NCBI GenBank assembly: GCA_964019335.1
Contig: OZ025688.1
Span: 124,001-188,000 of the forward strand
Source: Diplonema japonicum
Taxonomy: Eukaryota; Protista; Euglenozoa: Diplonemea
Length of the DNA: 64,000 nucleotides
Direction: 5' to 3'
Part shown: piece after piece, positions 1 through 10,313 of the stretch
Numbering within the stretch: position 1 is the first letter of the stretch
Layout of the letters: the number at the start of each line of letters is the position of its first letter
Notes under the pieces: model-generated
What the model was told of the DNA's origin: nothing
Seen by the model: the letters and a program-made list of their open reading frames with translations, nothing else
Database searches by the model: none
Program-made: the position numbers and the translations under genes

Positions 1-123
1 TGCAGGACATCGTCACAGATGTCAACGTGGCGTCGGAGTGCACCAAGGCACCGCAGGTCAATTCGCTTTGCAAGGCGTGTGCTGCTACGCTTGCAAAGTG
101 GACCTCTGGGAAATGGTATGAGA

Positions 124-191
<68 letters not shown>

Positions 192-272
192 AGGGTTGGT
201 TACCGTGGTAGATCTCCTTTATCCAGCATCCTGGCGTATGACACGCTGTGGGACCGTGCCGAAGCTGTGTAG
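1..272 (+). CDS. 3' end of an uncharacterised gene (5' part outside window); intron 116..193
   Basis: Open frame QDIVTDVNVASECTK...SGKW|VGYRGRSPLSSILAYDTLWDRAEAV*. Removing GTATG...AAACAG (116..193, T-run plus A-run) restores a Trp codon and removes the poly-F/poly-K stretch. Confidence 0.7.
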
Positions 273-790
273 TTTTTTTTTTTTTTTTTTTTTTTTAATT
301 TTTTTTATTTTTATTATTGTGCGTATGGTTTTAGAATTTTTGACTCGGGGAGAAAGAAAAAGAAATAAAAAAATTCTTATTCTTATTTTTTTTTTTTTTT
401 TTTTTTTTTTTTCGAATTATTCGCAGCACAACAAGCAACAGAGGAACGGCAAAAAAGAAAAAAAAAGGGGGGTTTTTTTTAAGTGAAATGTGATGGGTTT
501 AATAATGACTCAAAGAAAAAAAAGAATTGAGTATCTAAACCTTACAGTTTTTTAAAACTCCTTCCCCCCCCTTTTTTTTTGTCCTTCTGAAGTTTGTTAC
601 AGCAAAGTGATAGCGATGGGGAGGAACACCTGACCTCTCACCTTTAAACTGTTCAATTTTTAGAGAAAGAACAAAAAAAAATAGAGAAAGGGGTGCGGGT
701 GTGGAAACTGGACAGAGAAAAGGTAGGGCCATTTTCTCACTTTTTCTCCTTTTTTTTCCCTCTCTTTTACACTACGCACCTTTTTCTTCG

Positions 791-923
791 CGCAGACCCC
801 GACAAGGCTGCCCCGCAGTTTTACCACCGCAGTAGGAACCCGCCAGAGCCCCCAGAACGGGGACAACGGGGACAAAGTACAGCGCGGCCGGTGAGCGCAA
901 AAACGCATACCTTAAAAGAATAG
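791..923 (+). mobile_element. Short 5'-truncated copy of the 3' end of the non-LTR retroelement at 59.2-60.1 kb
   Basis: Matches 60016..60148 with about 4 substitutions and has the same 3' end (...CCTTAAAAGAATAG). TTTCTT lies on both sides (783-788, 924-929) as a candidate target-site duplication. Confidence 0.85.
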
Positions 924-1354
924 TTTCTTTTTTTTTTTAGGCGATCCTGTCACATACTGCAGGTACCCTTCAAAGACATTTTTTTTCCCCCAAAGGACGG
1001 AAGAAAAAAAAAAAAGAAAAACTACCAAGGAGTGCCAGTGTGGTCTTGCTCTCAAGTTTTTTTTAAATGTCTCTTCTCCCCCCCCTTTTTTTTTCTTCTC
1101 TCTTCTCACAGAAGCCCTTTTGTCTCCGTGTGGAACTTGTTGTCAAACCCCCCCCCCCCCCCCCCCCAGGGCTATGTTAGTTGGAAATCCGTTTCTACTG
1201 TCGTTTACTTATTTTTCAAATATTTAGGGAAACGTGTTCCCTTCTCAAAGGAAACGGCTCCAAAAAAAAAAAAGAAAAAAAAGAAAAAAAAACTTGGAAA
1301 CGCGATTTTTTTTTTCTTTTGCAAACATAGCCCATTATCTTTGATTTTATTTAA

Positions 1355-2452
1355 CCATCTACCAACGGACCATTTTTGCCCACCAGGGGGTAAATTTTCA
1401 AAACTTCAAAAAAAGCTATTCCAGCGCAACGCCGGGGCTATATGCCCCCGGAAATGCCTCCAGATGTCCCAATTCTAGAGAGAGGGTGCCCACAGCAGGG
1501 TCCACCCCCACAACATTGTCAAAAATATCGTTCCTGAAGTGCCCGAGAGGGGATACAAAAAACAAGTCAAAAAAATCGACTGTAAAATTCTATAAAAAGC
1601 TATTTAAGGCCTTCTTGACGCGGTTCGTATGTGCCCCAGGGCTGGGGGACTTCTTTTTTGACCCCGGGAGGGGTTTCTGGGGGGTATCCCCGGCAAGGTG
1701 GTAGTCTTTGAAGCACGGAGTCACGCAAAGTTGTACCAAGCAGGCTGAACACTGAAATAGGGGTCTTTTCGACTTGCAATGCTTGCACCGCACGTTGCAC
1801 TACTTTTTCGGGGAAATGGTCCCAGAAGGTACTGTCACGGCGCATGGGGGTTTTTTTTTCATTGGGGTCTCAGAGCACTCGTTCTGTGTTTCGGGGCATG
1901 GTATTGGGGCAGCCTGCTCTGTAGTTGACTTTATCTGTTGTTTAGACTGCCTCCCTAGTAGCCCTTCGATGACTGCCTCTTTGAAAGGCGTAAATCCACT
2001 GTCGTTCGTACTCAGGGCGTTGGGGGGCAAGGCTTCTTTCCAAACAAGCCAAGCATTCGCCAGAGATTTACCTAACAAGTACAAAAATACTTTTAGGGGC
2101 CACTTTTAAGTCATAAGGGAGCGTTTATGGCGTTTTGTCACAGCATCACCCAGCGTCGGTTCCGCCCATTGTGGTGTTGTAAATATGCACTTGGTGGGGG
2201 GCGGGATGTCCTTTCCGGCTTTCATTCTCTTTTGGCGGACACGTCAAATTCGACTTCACCGGAACATCCAACGTCGATAGAAAGATTTTTTCATTTTCTT
2301 GTTAAGTTAGGGCAGCATTTAGTTTATTTTTTTCATATTTTCCGCGCAGGACCCCGCCGGCAAGAAAGGGCCGGGCCGTATTGCATTGAAAGCCCTTTGC
2401 GTAAAAGATTTTTTTTCAAATCGTCTATATATAGACGCTCGTTGATAGATGG
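1355..2452 (-). mobile_element. Internally deleted, non-autonomous piggyBac-family DNA transposon
   Basis: TTAA at 1351-1354 and 2453-2456. TIRs CCATCTACCAACG (1355-1367) / CGTTGATAGATGG (2440-2452), 12/13 match. Subterminal palindrome CGTCTATATATAGACG (2422-2437). Frameshifted minus-strand remnants of the transposase C-terminus: YNTTMGGTD, KWPLKVFLYLLGKSLANAWLVWK and the Cys-rich CKHC...CSACLVQLCVTPCFKDYH domain. Confidence 0.9.
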
Positions 2453-2775
2453 TTAAAAGTAACCGAGTCATTTGTCTCTCTCTCCACCACCCCCCCCCCC
2501 CCCCCCCTTTCTTTTCTGAAGTGCAAGACAGTATTACCTTTTTTTTTTCCCTTTTTTTTTAAAAAATAGAATGGCTGATTTCACTTCGTATTTATTTATT
2601 CATTTTTATTCATTTCGTGAGGTTCTGGGGGAAAGAAAGGAAAAAAGAAGAAGAAAAAAAAAAAAAAAGGTGATAGTTGGAGAAATCGGGAATTGGTTTA
2701 AAGAAGTACACCATTCGCGATAAAAAAAAAAAAAAACATGTTGTTGTCACCCTCACTTTGAGGTACTGCCTTTAC

Positions 2776-2942
2776 TGTCACGCCCTATATCTCTAAACCC
2801 GTCTGATCGATCCTGGATTTTCTCTTAGGGGGGCAATAGAAGAAGAAGGGGGGGAAAAAAAAAGAGGGAAAAAAAAAAAAAAAAAACACAATTCTCAAGA
2901 ATTAACCCTTCCGAGTCAGTTTCAGAGATATAAGGCGTGATG
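2776..2942. repeat. Inverted repeat / MITE-like or hairpin element
   Basis: TCACGCCCTATATCTCT (2778-2794) pairs 16/17 with AGAGATATAAGGCGTGA (2924-2940). Further pairing CTGA-TCG / CGA-TCAG lies inside. Confidence 0.6.
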
Positions 2943-2965
2943 TATATTATTTTAAAAAAGATTGG

Positions 2966-3004
<39 letters not shown>

Positions 3005-4086
3005 AAGTTTTCTGTAGAAATAGTGCTAAAGATTAGTATGGGTCCATCCAAACAATTGCCACCTCCTTTGGTGTCCACCTCGTGGCGTTGGGGGTTGCTT
3101 GTAATACTTTCTTTTTCATTTTTATTTTTTTTATTTTTTTTTTATTCTCTATTTCCCACTCTTGCATTATAACGCTACCACGTCGTAATCAGGCACGGAA
3201 ATACGATTTCAATGAAGGAAAAAAAAAAAAAAAAGAAAAATCGAACAGAAAACACTTGTTATTGTAAATTATCAAAAAAAAAAAAAGAAAGGGGGGGAAA
3301 AAAAAGAAGAAGAAAAAGAAGGAAATTAACATGTCTACACTTTATTCTTTTTTTTTTTATTCTCCCCCCTCTCCCTTGTGAGGGTAGTACCTTCTTTTTT
3401 TATTCTCTTTTTTTTCATAATTCAGTCGCAGCACTGCCTGGGCGATTTCCAAGAAGAAAAACGAAGAAAAAAAAAGTAAGAGAGGGAGGAGGAGGGAAAA
3501 AGCTTTTCTTTTTTCTTTTTTGGTAATTTTTAGTGCTGACGCGTGTACTTCCCCTTAAGTCACTCCCCTTCCTTTTTTTTTTTTTTTTGAAAGTTCCTCT
3601 TCTCAAAAAGAAAAAAAAGGGGGGGGGGGGAGAAGGAAATGAAAAAAAAGGAAAAATTAAAGAAAATTGCGCGTTTTTCTATTTTTTCATTTTCTTTCCT
3701 TCTTAGATAATGAGAATAGGGAGTTTTTTTTTTTAATTATTTTTTACGAACGAAAGAAGAAAAAAAGAGAAAGAAGATCAAAACCACACACCATTCGCAT
3801 TTCCTTTTTTTTGGGGGGTATTTTTTTTATTTTTTCTCCCCTCCGCCCTTTGTTCCTCCTGCCTTTTGGAGCAGTTCACATGCCCTGTTTCAGTGCTCTG
3901 GGAGAGAAAATGGAGATTGGGGGGTTTTTTTTTTAAAGCCACCCTTCTCTGCCAGTCTCCTGTTGGTCTGTTTCTGGTGCCTGCTTTTTCATTTTTCCAC
4001 CCCCGTTCCTTTTCCAATATTTTTTGTTTTTGTTTTTGTTTCTGTATTCTTATTTGTTTTTCCTGACCAACGTATCTTTGCATGTT

Positions 4087-4120
<34 letters not shown>

Positions 4121-5046
4121 CCCATCTTTCTTCTCTTGTTTCCAAGCTTGCTTTCCGAGAGGTCGTCCGTTTCTCGTCTCTCGAGAGGGGTAAAAAAAAA
4201 AATGGAAAGAGAAGAAGGAAAAATGTAACGCGGTTTTGCTCTTCACCATTGAGCTTGTTCTATTGCAGTGCAGCTCAGGGAGGGGTGGGATTTTTTTCTT
4301 CTTCTTCTTTTTTTTTTCTTTTCTATTTCAACCCTCCCCCGGTTTACACCTCCCCCTTTTCTCTCTAAAACAGACTTTTTTTTTTCTCTGACATATCCCC
4401 TAACCTTGTGGTGCGTGCCTGCTGTGGTGGGTCATTTGCTAACACTTCTTTCCCACCATGGTGAAAGTTTTTTTTTTTTATAGTGGCTAATGTTTTCCCC
4501 CCTTAATTGGTATCTCATTATGTCTTTTTTTTTTTTCTTCTTCTCTCTGCACATGCTCTCTCTATCTCTCTCTCTCTCTCTTCTAAAGTTTCATCTCTGC
4601 TTGTTACCCTCTGTAGCCCCCTCCTGCTCCCTTCACTGAACGAAACCGAGGAGGAAAAAAAAAAAAAAAAAAAAAAAACGTTTTAACACAACTGAAGACA
4701 AAAAGGTAGGAGGGGAGGGAAAAAGAAGAAAGAAAAAAAATGGGGGGGAAAAAAAAAGTAAGCAAAGAGAAGCAAATTCATCGGAGGATAAGGAATGATT
4801 TCTTCTTCTCTTCTTTTCTTTTTCTTTTTTTTTAATTTTTTTTTATTATGTTTTTTTTTTTTCTTTTTTTTTTTTGTGTCCAAGAAATTTTTTAAAGGGA
4901 AAGATTTTTCTCTTTCCCCCCCCCCTTTCTTTTTTCTTTTCCCATCTCTCTTTTTTTTTCTGCTTCTATTTTTACATGTTTCTCTCGGTGCAAAAAAAAA
5001 AAAAAAAAAAAAAAACCCACCTTGCAAGGGGACCTTTAAAAAAAAT

Positions 5047-6819
5047 ATGGACAAATATCAAATTGTCAAGAAAATAGGAAAAGGCAGCTATGGGAATGTG
5101 TATATGGTTACGAGTGTAACGTGCGGTGTAGTGTGTGTGTTGAAAAAAATCCCGTTGCTGGAGATGGACAAAAAGCTTCGGGCCCAGGCAAAGCAGGAGG
5201 TCCAACTGATGCAGCTCCTGGTGCACCCCTACCTCTGCAAATACATGGACTCCTTCCTTCATAACAACGAAAAGCTCTGCATCGTGATGGAACATTATAC
5301 AGGCGGCGACCTATCCAACTTCATAACATCAAGACGAAAAAAACCCCTACAGGAACCAGAACTCATGTTAGTCATCGCACAAATTCTACTAGGCCTACAG
5401 TTCATGCACGCAAGGCGGGTGTTACACCGTGACATCAAGTCCCAAAATATCTTTATTAAACCATGCCCAAGCGCACAAGGAACAGGGATATCTGTCGTCA
5501 TCGGCGACCTAGGAATTGCAAGGGTGCTGAGCTCATCTCAAGACCTCGCACACACAGCCGTCGGGACACCCCTCTACATGTCACCGGAAGTGTGCAATGG
5601 TGATCTTTACAACTACCCCGCAGATATTTGGTCCGTCGGTTGTGTAGCGTACGAACTTGCTTTCTTCAAGCACCCGTTTCAAAGCAACGATCTTTCCGGA
5701 TTGATCATGAAAATCATTAACGCCAACTACACCCCGCCGCCTGTTGGGAAGTATTCCCGGGCGTTTACAGATTTGCTCGCAAGAATTTTCAACAAGGCCC
5801 CTGGGAAGCGGCCGCTTACAGACAGCTTGCTCCAAATGCCATTGTTGCGTAAACACGCTTTGAAGTGCCACGAGGCGCATCTTGGTTCGGAGGCTGCAGA
5901 GTTAAGCGACACATTGCTGGAACAGTTGGGGTCGTTGGGGTTAGTTGCAACACCTGCGGAACCCGTTCCCGAGACACCGGCGACAGGGGGTGTTCTGTCT
6001 ATGGAGCTCGACACGTTGAAAGCAAAAGCGGGGCAAAAACGAAAAACCGAGAAAATTCTTCGGGTTTTGAAAGACGAGGCCGAACACGAACGGCTGCTCA
6101 TCGACGACAGGATCAACGATTTGGTGAAGCAACAACAACAGCAGCAGCAACACGACGCCACGCAAAAACGCGTTTCTTCCTCTTCCTCGTCGGACCACCC
6201 TCCCCGTCTGACAGCAAAGGAGCGCGTCTTGCTTCAAAAACAGCAAAAAGCAGAAGAACATGAAAGGGAAAAACTCCTCGCGCTCGAAGCCGCACGGAAG
6301 GAAGGGTTCCACATGCGACAGGGTGCTAAGCAAGCTGAGTTTGACCAGTACCACCCTAACCATGGTAAAGAGGACAAACCGGGGGACAAATTGACGAACA
6401 TGGATTCGCAAATAGCGGAATTGGAAAACGAAGTGGCAAGTTACAGGAAGCAAATCGGTCAAATTGTTGGAAGAATACACCAACACATCATTGAAGAGGG
6501 CAACACCGAACCCGAGCTGTTGTCACCTTCCGCCGTTTTCACCTCGGAAGGCACATGGGACTACTTGGGTTCTGACGTTGAGGATGAGGAGCCCCAGTCT
6601 CAACCCAATCGGGTGGACAAGCTACGAGCTTCCTTGGTCGACTCCTTGACAGAACCTGTGTTCGAAGAGGCGTACACCTTGCTCAGGGAACGCGATGTCA
6701 CGCAGGACTCTTCAAGTTCCTTCCAAGACAAGCTCCGGGAAGCCCTCCCAGAAGAGCACTTACATCTCTGGCAAGATATCGATCAACTTATTTTCATGGA
6801 CACATCTCTCGGGCATTAA
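5047..6819 (+). CDS. NIMA-related (NEK) Ser/Thr protein kinase with coiled-coil tail
   Basis: GKGSYG, VLKK, HRDIKSQNIF, GDLGIAR and GTPLYMSPE motifs typical of NEKs. Start taken at MDKYQIVKK; the upstream ORF extension is homopolymer-encoded. Confidence 0.92.
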   Translation: MDKYQIVKKIGKGSYGNVYMVTSVTCGVVCVLKKIPLLEMDKKLRAQAKQEVQLMQLLVHPYLCKYMDSFLHNNEKLCIVMEHYTGGDLSNFITSRRKKPLQEPELMLVIAQILLGLQFMHARRVLHRDIKSQNIFIKPCPSAQGTGISVVIGDLGIARVLSSSQDLAHTAVGTPLYMSPEVCNGDLYNYPADIWSVGCVAYELAFFKHPFQSNDLSGLIMKIINANYTPPPVGKYSRAFTDLLARIFNKAPGKRPLTDSLLQMPLLRKHALKCHEAHLGSEAAELSDTLLEQLGSLGLVATPAEPVPETPATGGVLSMELDTLKAKAGQKRKTEKILRVLKDEAEHERLLIDDRINDLVKQQQQQQQHDATQKRVSSSSSSDHPPRLTAKERVLLQKQQKAEEHEREKLLALEAARKEGFHMRQGAKQAEFDQYHPNHGKEDKPGDKLTNMDSQIAELENEVASYRKQIGQIVGRIHQHIIEEGNTEPELLSPSAVFTSEGTWDYLGSDVEDEEPQSQPNRVDKLRASLVDSLTEPVFEEAYTLLRERDVTQDSSSSFQDKLREALPEEHLHLWQDIDQLIFMDTSLGH

Positions 6820-7380
6820 TTGGGGTTTGTTGAGGGGGGGTTTTTTTTCTTGCTTTTTTTTTGAGGGAGGAGGGTGTTTTTTTTTTTGTGTGTGTGTTAT
6901 GATGAAGGAGAAGCTTTAGTCCCGATCATAACGCGTAGTTTTCTTTCTTTTTTTTTTTTGTAAATTACGATTGGATTGATTAAGTCCTTCGGTGTGCAAG
7001 AAAAAAAAAACATATCCATCCCCCCCCCCCCCCCCCCCCACACCCTGAATTTTCTCCATTTCAGTCACACAATGAAATTTAAAAAAAAATAGAGGAAAAG
7101 AAATAAGTTAAACGGGAGGAGTGGAACATGCCTCCCCCCCCCCCCCCCCACCCTAGCTATTTAAGAAACAAAAAAAATGAAATTGCACACCCGGAGTCCA
7201 TAATATATTTTTTTTAAAAAAAAAGTATAAATATACACAGTTCCATTTTTTTTTTTAAAGTCTGAATTTTTTTTTCTTCCTGTCCTGTCAGCCCCCCCCC
7301 CCCTCCCCCTCTTTTCACTGAAACCGATTTTTTCATCCATATTTAGGACGGGAGGGGGCGGGAGAAAAAAAAATAATAAT

Positions 7381-8132
7381 ATGGGCAGCAAAAAGAATAA
7401 GAGCAAAAAGACGGGAGAGAAGAAACCGGTGGAAACAACACCGATGGAGCCAGAGGTAGAGACAAAGCCAGCAGAGTCACCATCCCCTCCTGTAGAGGCG
7501 ACACCGGAGAAAAAAGAAGTGTCTGCTCCTGAAGTGGAGGAGGAGGTACCACCGGTTCTTGTGGAGCACCCTACCTCTGAGGAGGGTTCCCCGCAATTAA
7601 CGCGGAAGGCCAGCGTCGACCCATCCAGGTGCCAGGGGCACGGGTTCGTTAAAAGGGAAAAGACACCTATGCCCCATGAAGATGAAGAAGACGCTAGCCC
7701 TCTGACACCCTTACAAGACCACCCCCCTGTCATGGGACTCCCAAAGCAGGAAACTGAGGAAATAAGTAAGCAGCTCCCCACCTCACCTCTGTCTGCAGAA
7801 CCCGAGCTTGTGGACATGCCCGACGAGGACTCAAAAAAAGATAAAAAACCCGAAGAACCACTCAGAGAGAACATTACTGTTCCCACCCCTGCAGCTTCTT
7901 CTGCCCCTGCAGCTTCTGCCCATATCGCTCCATCTAGACCGCCTGTGCGGGGTGGGGCTCAGCAAAATCCGTTTACTGTTCCATCCATGGGCTTGCTGGG
8001 GTTGGCCGGGGCGTACTTACTCTCGAAGGCTTCGCAGCACCAGCGAGAAGGAAAGGTATGTAACGGGTTTTGGGAAGGAAAAAAAAAATCAAGGAACCGA
8101 AGCCCCAGGAAACCCCAAAAAGCAAATTGTAA
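7381..8132 (+). CDS. Pro/Glu-rich disordered protein with a C-terminal hydrophobic segment; intron 8056..8093; spliced C-terminus ends -SKL
   Basis: ATG at 7381. Phase-0 intron GTATGT...AAAATCAAG gives EGK|EPKPQETPKSKL*. Confidence 0.75.
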
Positions 8133-8767
8133 TAACAAAAAAGAAAAAAAAAAAAAAAAAAATGTATAAAAAAAAAAGAGAATGTTGTTGTCCCCTCCCA
8201 TTTTTTTCTTCTTTTTTTTTTTTTTACCAACGCTTCTTCTAGAAGGAAAGAGATGAAGAGAGGGGTTGGGAGAAAAAGAGGAACAACAAAAAACTGTAGG
8301 GGGGGGGGGGGGGGAGAAAGAGAAAAAAAGAGGTGGTCTTCCCCTCACCCTTCGTCGCCGTCCCCCCATACTCAATCTTTTTTTTTTCTGTTAGATATTC
8401 TTTCCATTCTGCAACACTCTGCCACCACCGTGGGCAAGAACGGGGTGGGGGGGGGGGGGGGGGGAAGGGGCAAATGAATAAACCAGGGTTTGCCGCTTTT
8501 TCTTCTTTCTTCCCCCCTTCTTTTTTTTTACGCTCCATATTCGCTAAGTGACCCACCAGAACCCGCATTTTGAAGAGCTAAAAAAATTTCTAATTGCTTT
8601 TTCTAGGGTTGGAATGGATTTATTTGCTTCCGGGGCCCAATGTTCGACATATGGAATTTTTTTTTTGTAATAAAAATTTTTTTGGTGATTTGCCTTACTT
8701 TGTACTATACAAAATGAAGCAGCTCCGGTGGAAAAAACACGGCACAAGTGGGGTTCGAACCCTGATG

Positions 8768-8856
8768 AAAAAACCACTGCGTCGGGATTCGAACCCGCGA
8801 CTCCTGGAACAAGGGGGCCTGACAGGTGAGCACGGTAACCACTCTACCACACAGGA
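8768..8856 (-). pseudogene. tRNA-Asp(GTC)-like degenerate unit (Pol III A-box, B-box, T6 terminator) inside the transposon
   Basis: Minus strand TCCTGTG TGGTAGAGTGG TTACCGTGCTCAC CTGTCA [~14-nt insert] AGGAGTC GCGGGTTCGAATCCCGA CGCAGTGG TTTTTT. The acceptor stem pairs partly; the anticodon stem is broken. Confidence 0.65.
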
Positions 8857-9151
8857 ATTCAAAACTCTGACCCCCCATCTTTACTCACGCATCCGGCATA
8901 GTGGGTGGAGTAGGTTCCCTTCTTTTAACACCAGATATCCTCGCGATACACACTCACGACGATGCCTCAGCCCATCAACACTGTGATGAAATAAACACAG
9001 AATAAGAGATGAGCTAAAGGAGGTTCCTGTTCTGGAACGTCCTTGTCTACTTATCTACCCCTTTCCCAGTTTTCGAAGTCTAGTACGAGTTATTGTGGTG
9101 ACTGTCGTCTTCCTCGGTCCGTCGTACTACTTCAGCTTCCTGAGCTACCAC

Positions 9152-10039
9152 TCAGGTGGTGTGCATAGCGTTTCCTTCCGTTATCTGTTCCAGGGGTGCG
9201 TCGTGTACGTTTCTAGTACACTGAAGAGTAGGGGTCACCAGAAAAATCTGTTGTTTCTTCAGACGCTTGATCCACCCGAAGTAGAACAGCAGGAAGGGGA
9301 GAAGGAGGAGGAAGGGGGAGGAGATACTGATGTCTTCTTCTTTACTTTCTGTTGTCGCTACTGTCTTTGCTGCTACTGCTGATGCTGTTGCTGTTGTTAC
9401 TGTTGTTGCTGCTGCGTTGGGGAGGTTGTCCATGTCCTCTGTTGTGCCTCGGGTGGCCCTCCTCTGCTTCCTCGGCTCTTGTGCTTCTTGTACAAGATGA
9501 GGCTGGGGTGCCATCCTTTGTTTTTGCCTGCTTATGGCACTTCCACTCCGTCTGCTCTGAGATCTCACTTCTTGCCCTCTTTTGTGTAGTGGACCCGGTA
9601 GTGGAGCTCCTTGTGGCTGTACTCCGCTATCGCGATCCTGTCCATCTGGAGTCCTCGTTGTCTGAGGCTCTCTGCTGGCTGGAAGGGCTTGCTTGGTCTT
9701 TCCCTTCGAGTTGCCCGTGTGCTCTCAGGAGTAGGAAGTATTCTCCGGTCGTCGTCACTGCTTGTTTCATAGTCTCCGTTCCGTTCAGGCTGGTCATCAA
9801 ACCAGGGCACGCAGGTCAAGGATCTTCCAACGCAAACGTGACCGGTGATCGGTGTAATTCCCACATAAGTACCTTCCAAGCAGAAATAACTTCTGCCCCA
9901 AAGGCAACGTCACTTTCAAATGACTATGCCATTTGGACTGTACGTTGCCCTGTGGTGGACGGCGTAGACGCGCATCTGTCTCTTCAACTATAAACTCCCC
10001 TATGGAACCCTCTTTGACCTTCTCGTCATCTCCACCCAT
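9152..10039 (-). pseudogene. Frameshifted/degenerate cargo ORF of the TIR element; includes an Ala/Thr-rich stalk, TM helix and basic tail
   Basis: Three overlapping minus-strand ORFs (9797-10039, 9565-9879, 9152-9568). The last reads AAATTVTTATASAVAAKTVATT-ESKEED-ISISSPFLLLLPFLLFYFGWI-KRLKK. No DDE motif recognised. Confidence 0.4.
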
Positions 10040-10235
10040 TTGTATTTGGTGATTACGGCCGAAGTGCAGAGGACAGGACTGTTAAGCTTACTGACTAACA
10101 ACTAACAATCTTACAATGTTAAGAGCTGTCCTTCCCTCAAAACTGCACTTTTCTTCAACTAGACTCCCACAAGCTTACGAAAAGCTTTTGCGGAAACACC
10201 GGTTCAGGCTGCCGTTTCTCCCCTGTGGTGAGCCT

Positions 10236-10313
10236 AAAAAAATCCGCTGGAGTGGGCCTTGAACCCGCTTCGCCTAGGTACAGGGCAAAGCCCCCCAACT
10301 AGACTACTACGCC
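10236..10313 (-). pseudogene. Second tRNA-like degenerate unit (GTA/Tyr-like loop; A-box, B-box, T7 terminator) inside the transposon
   Basis: Minus strand GGCGTAG TAGTCTAGTTGG GGGGCT TTGCC CTGTACCTA GGCGA A GCGGGTTCAAGGCCCAC TCCAGCGGA TTTTTTT. The acceptor stem does not pair. Confidence 0.55.

Noticed and set aside
6899-6931. C/D-box snoRNA (ATGATGA...CCGA with terminal stem)
   Set aside because: Too short (about 33 nt) and the D box is non-canonical.
9340-9420. Minus-strand poly-Gln frame interrupted by TAA/TAG, suggesting a ciliate-type genetic code
   Set aside because: The adjacent frame reads a coherent Ala/Thr/Val stalk plus TM helix, where the stops are GTA Val codons out of frame. 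Host genes use TAA, TAG and TGA as normal stops.
9720-9800. Run of in-frame TGA codons joining ORFs 9797-10039 and 9152-9568 (TGA=Trp/Sec readthrough?)
   Set aside because: The TGAs arise from Asp/Glu codons of the neighbouring frame (FDDQPERNGDYETSSDDD). Frameshift decay is simpler, and no SECIS was identified.
8768-10313. Functional tRNA genes
   Set aside because: Anticodon and/or acceptor stems do not pair, so they are reported as tRNA-like units only.
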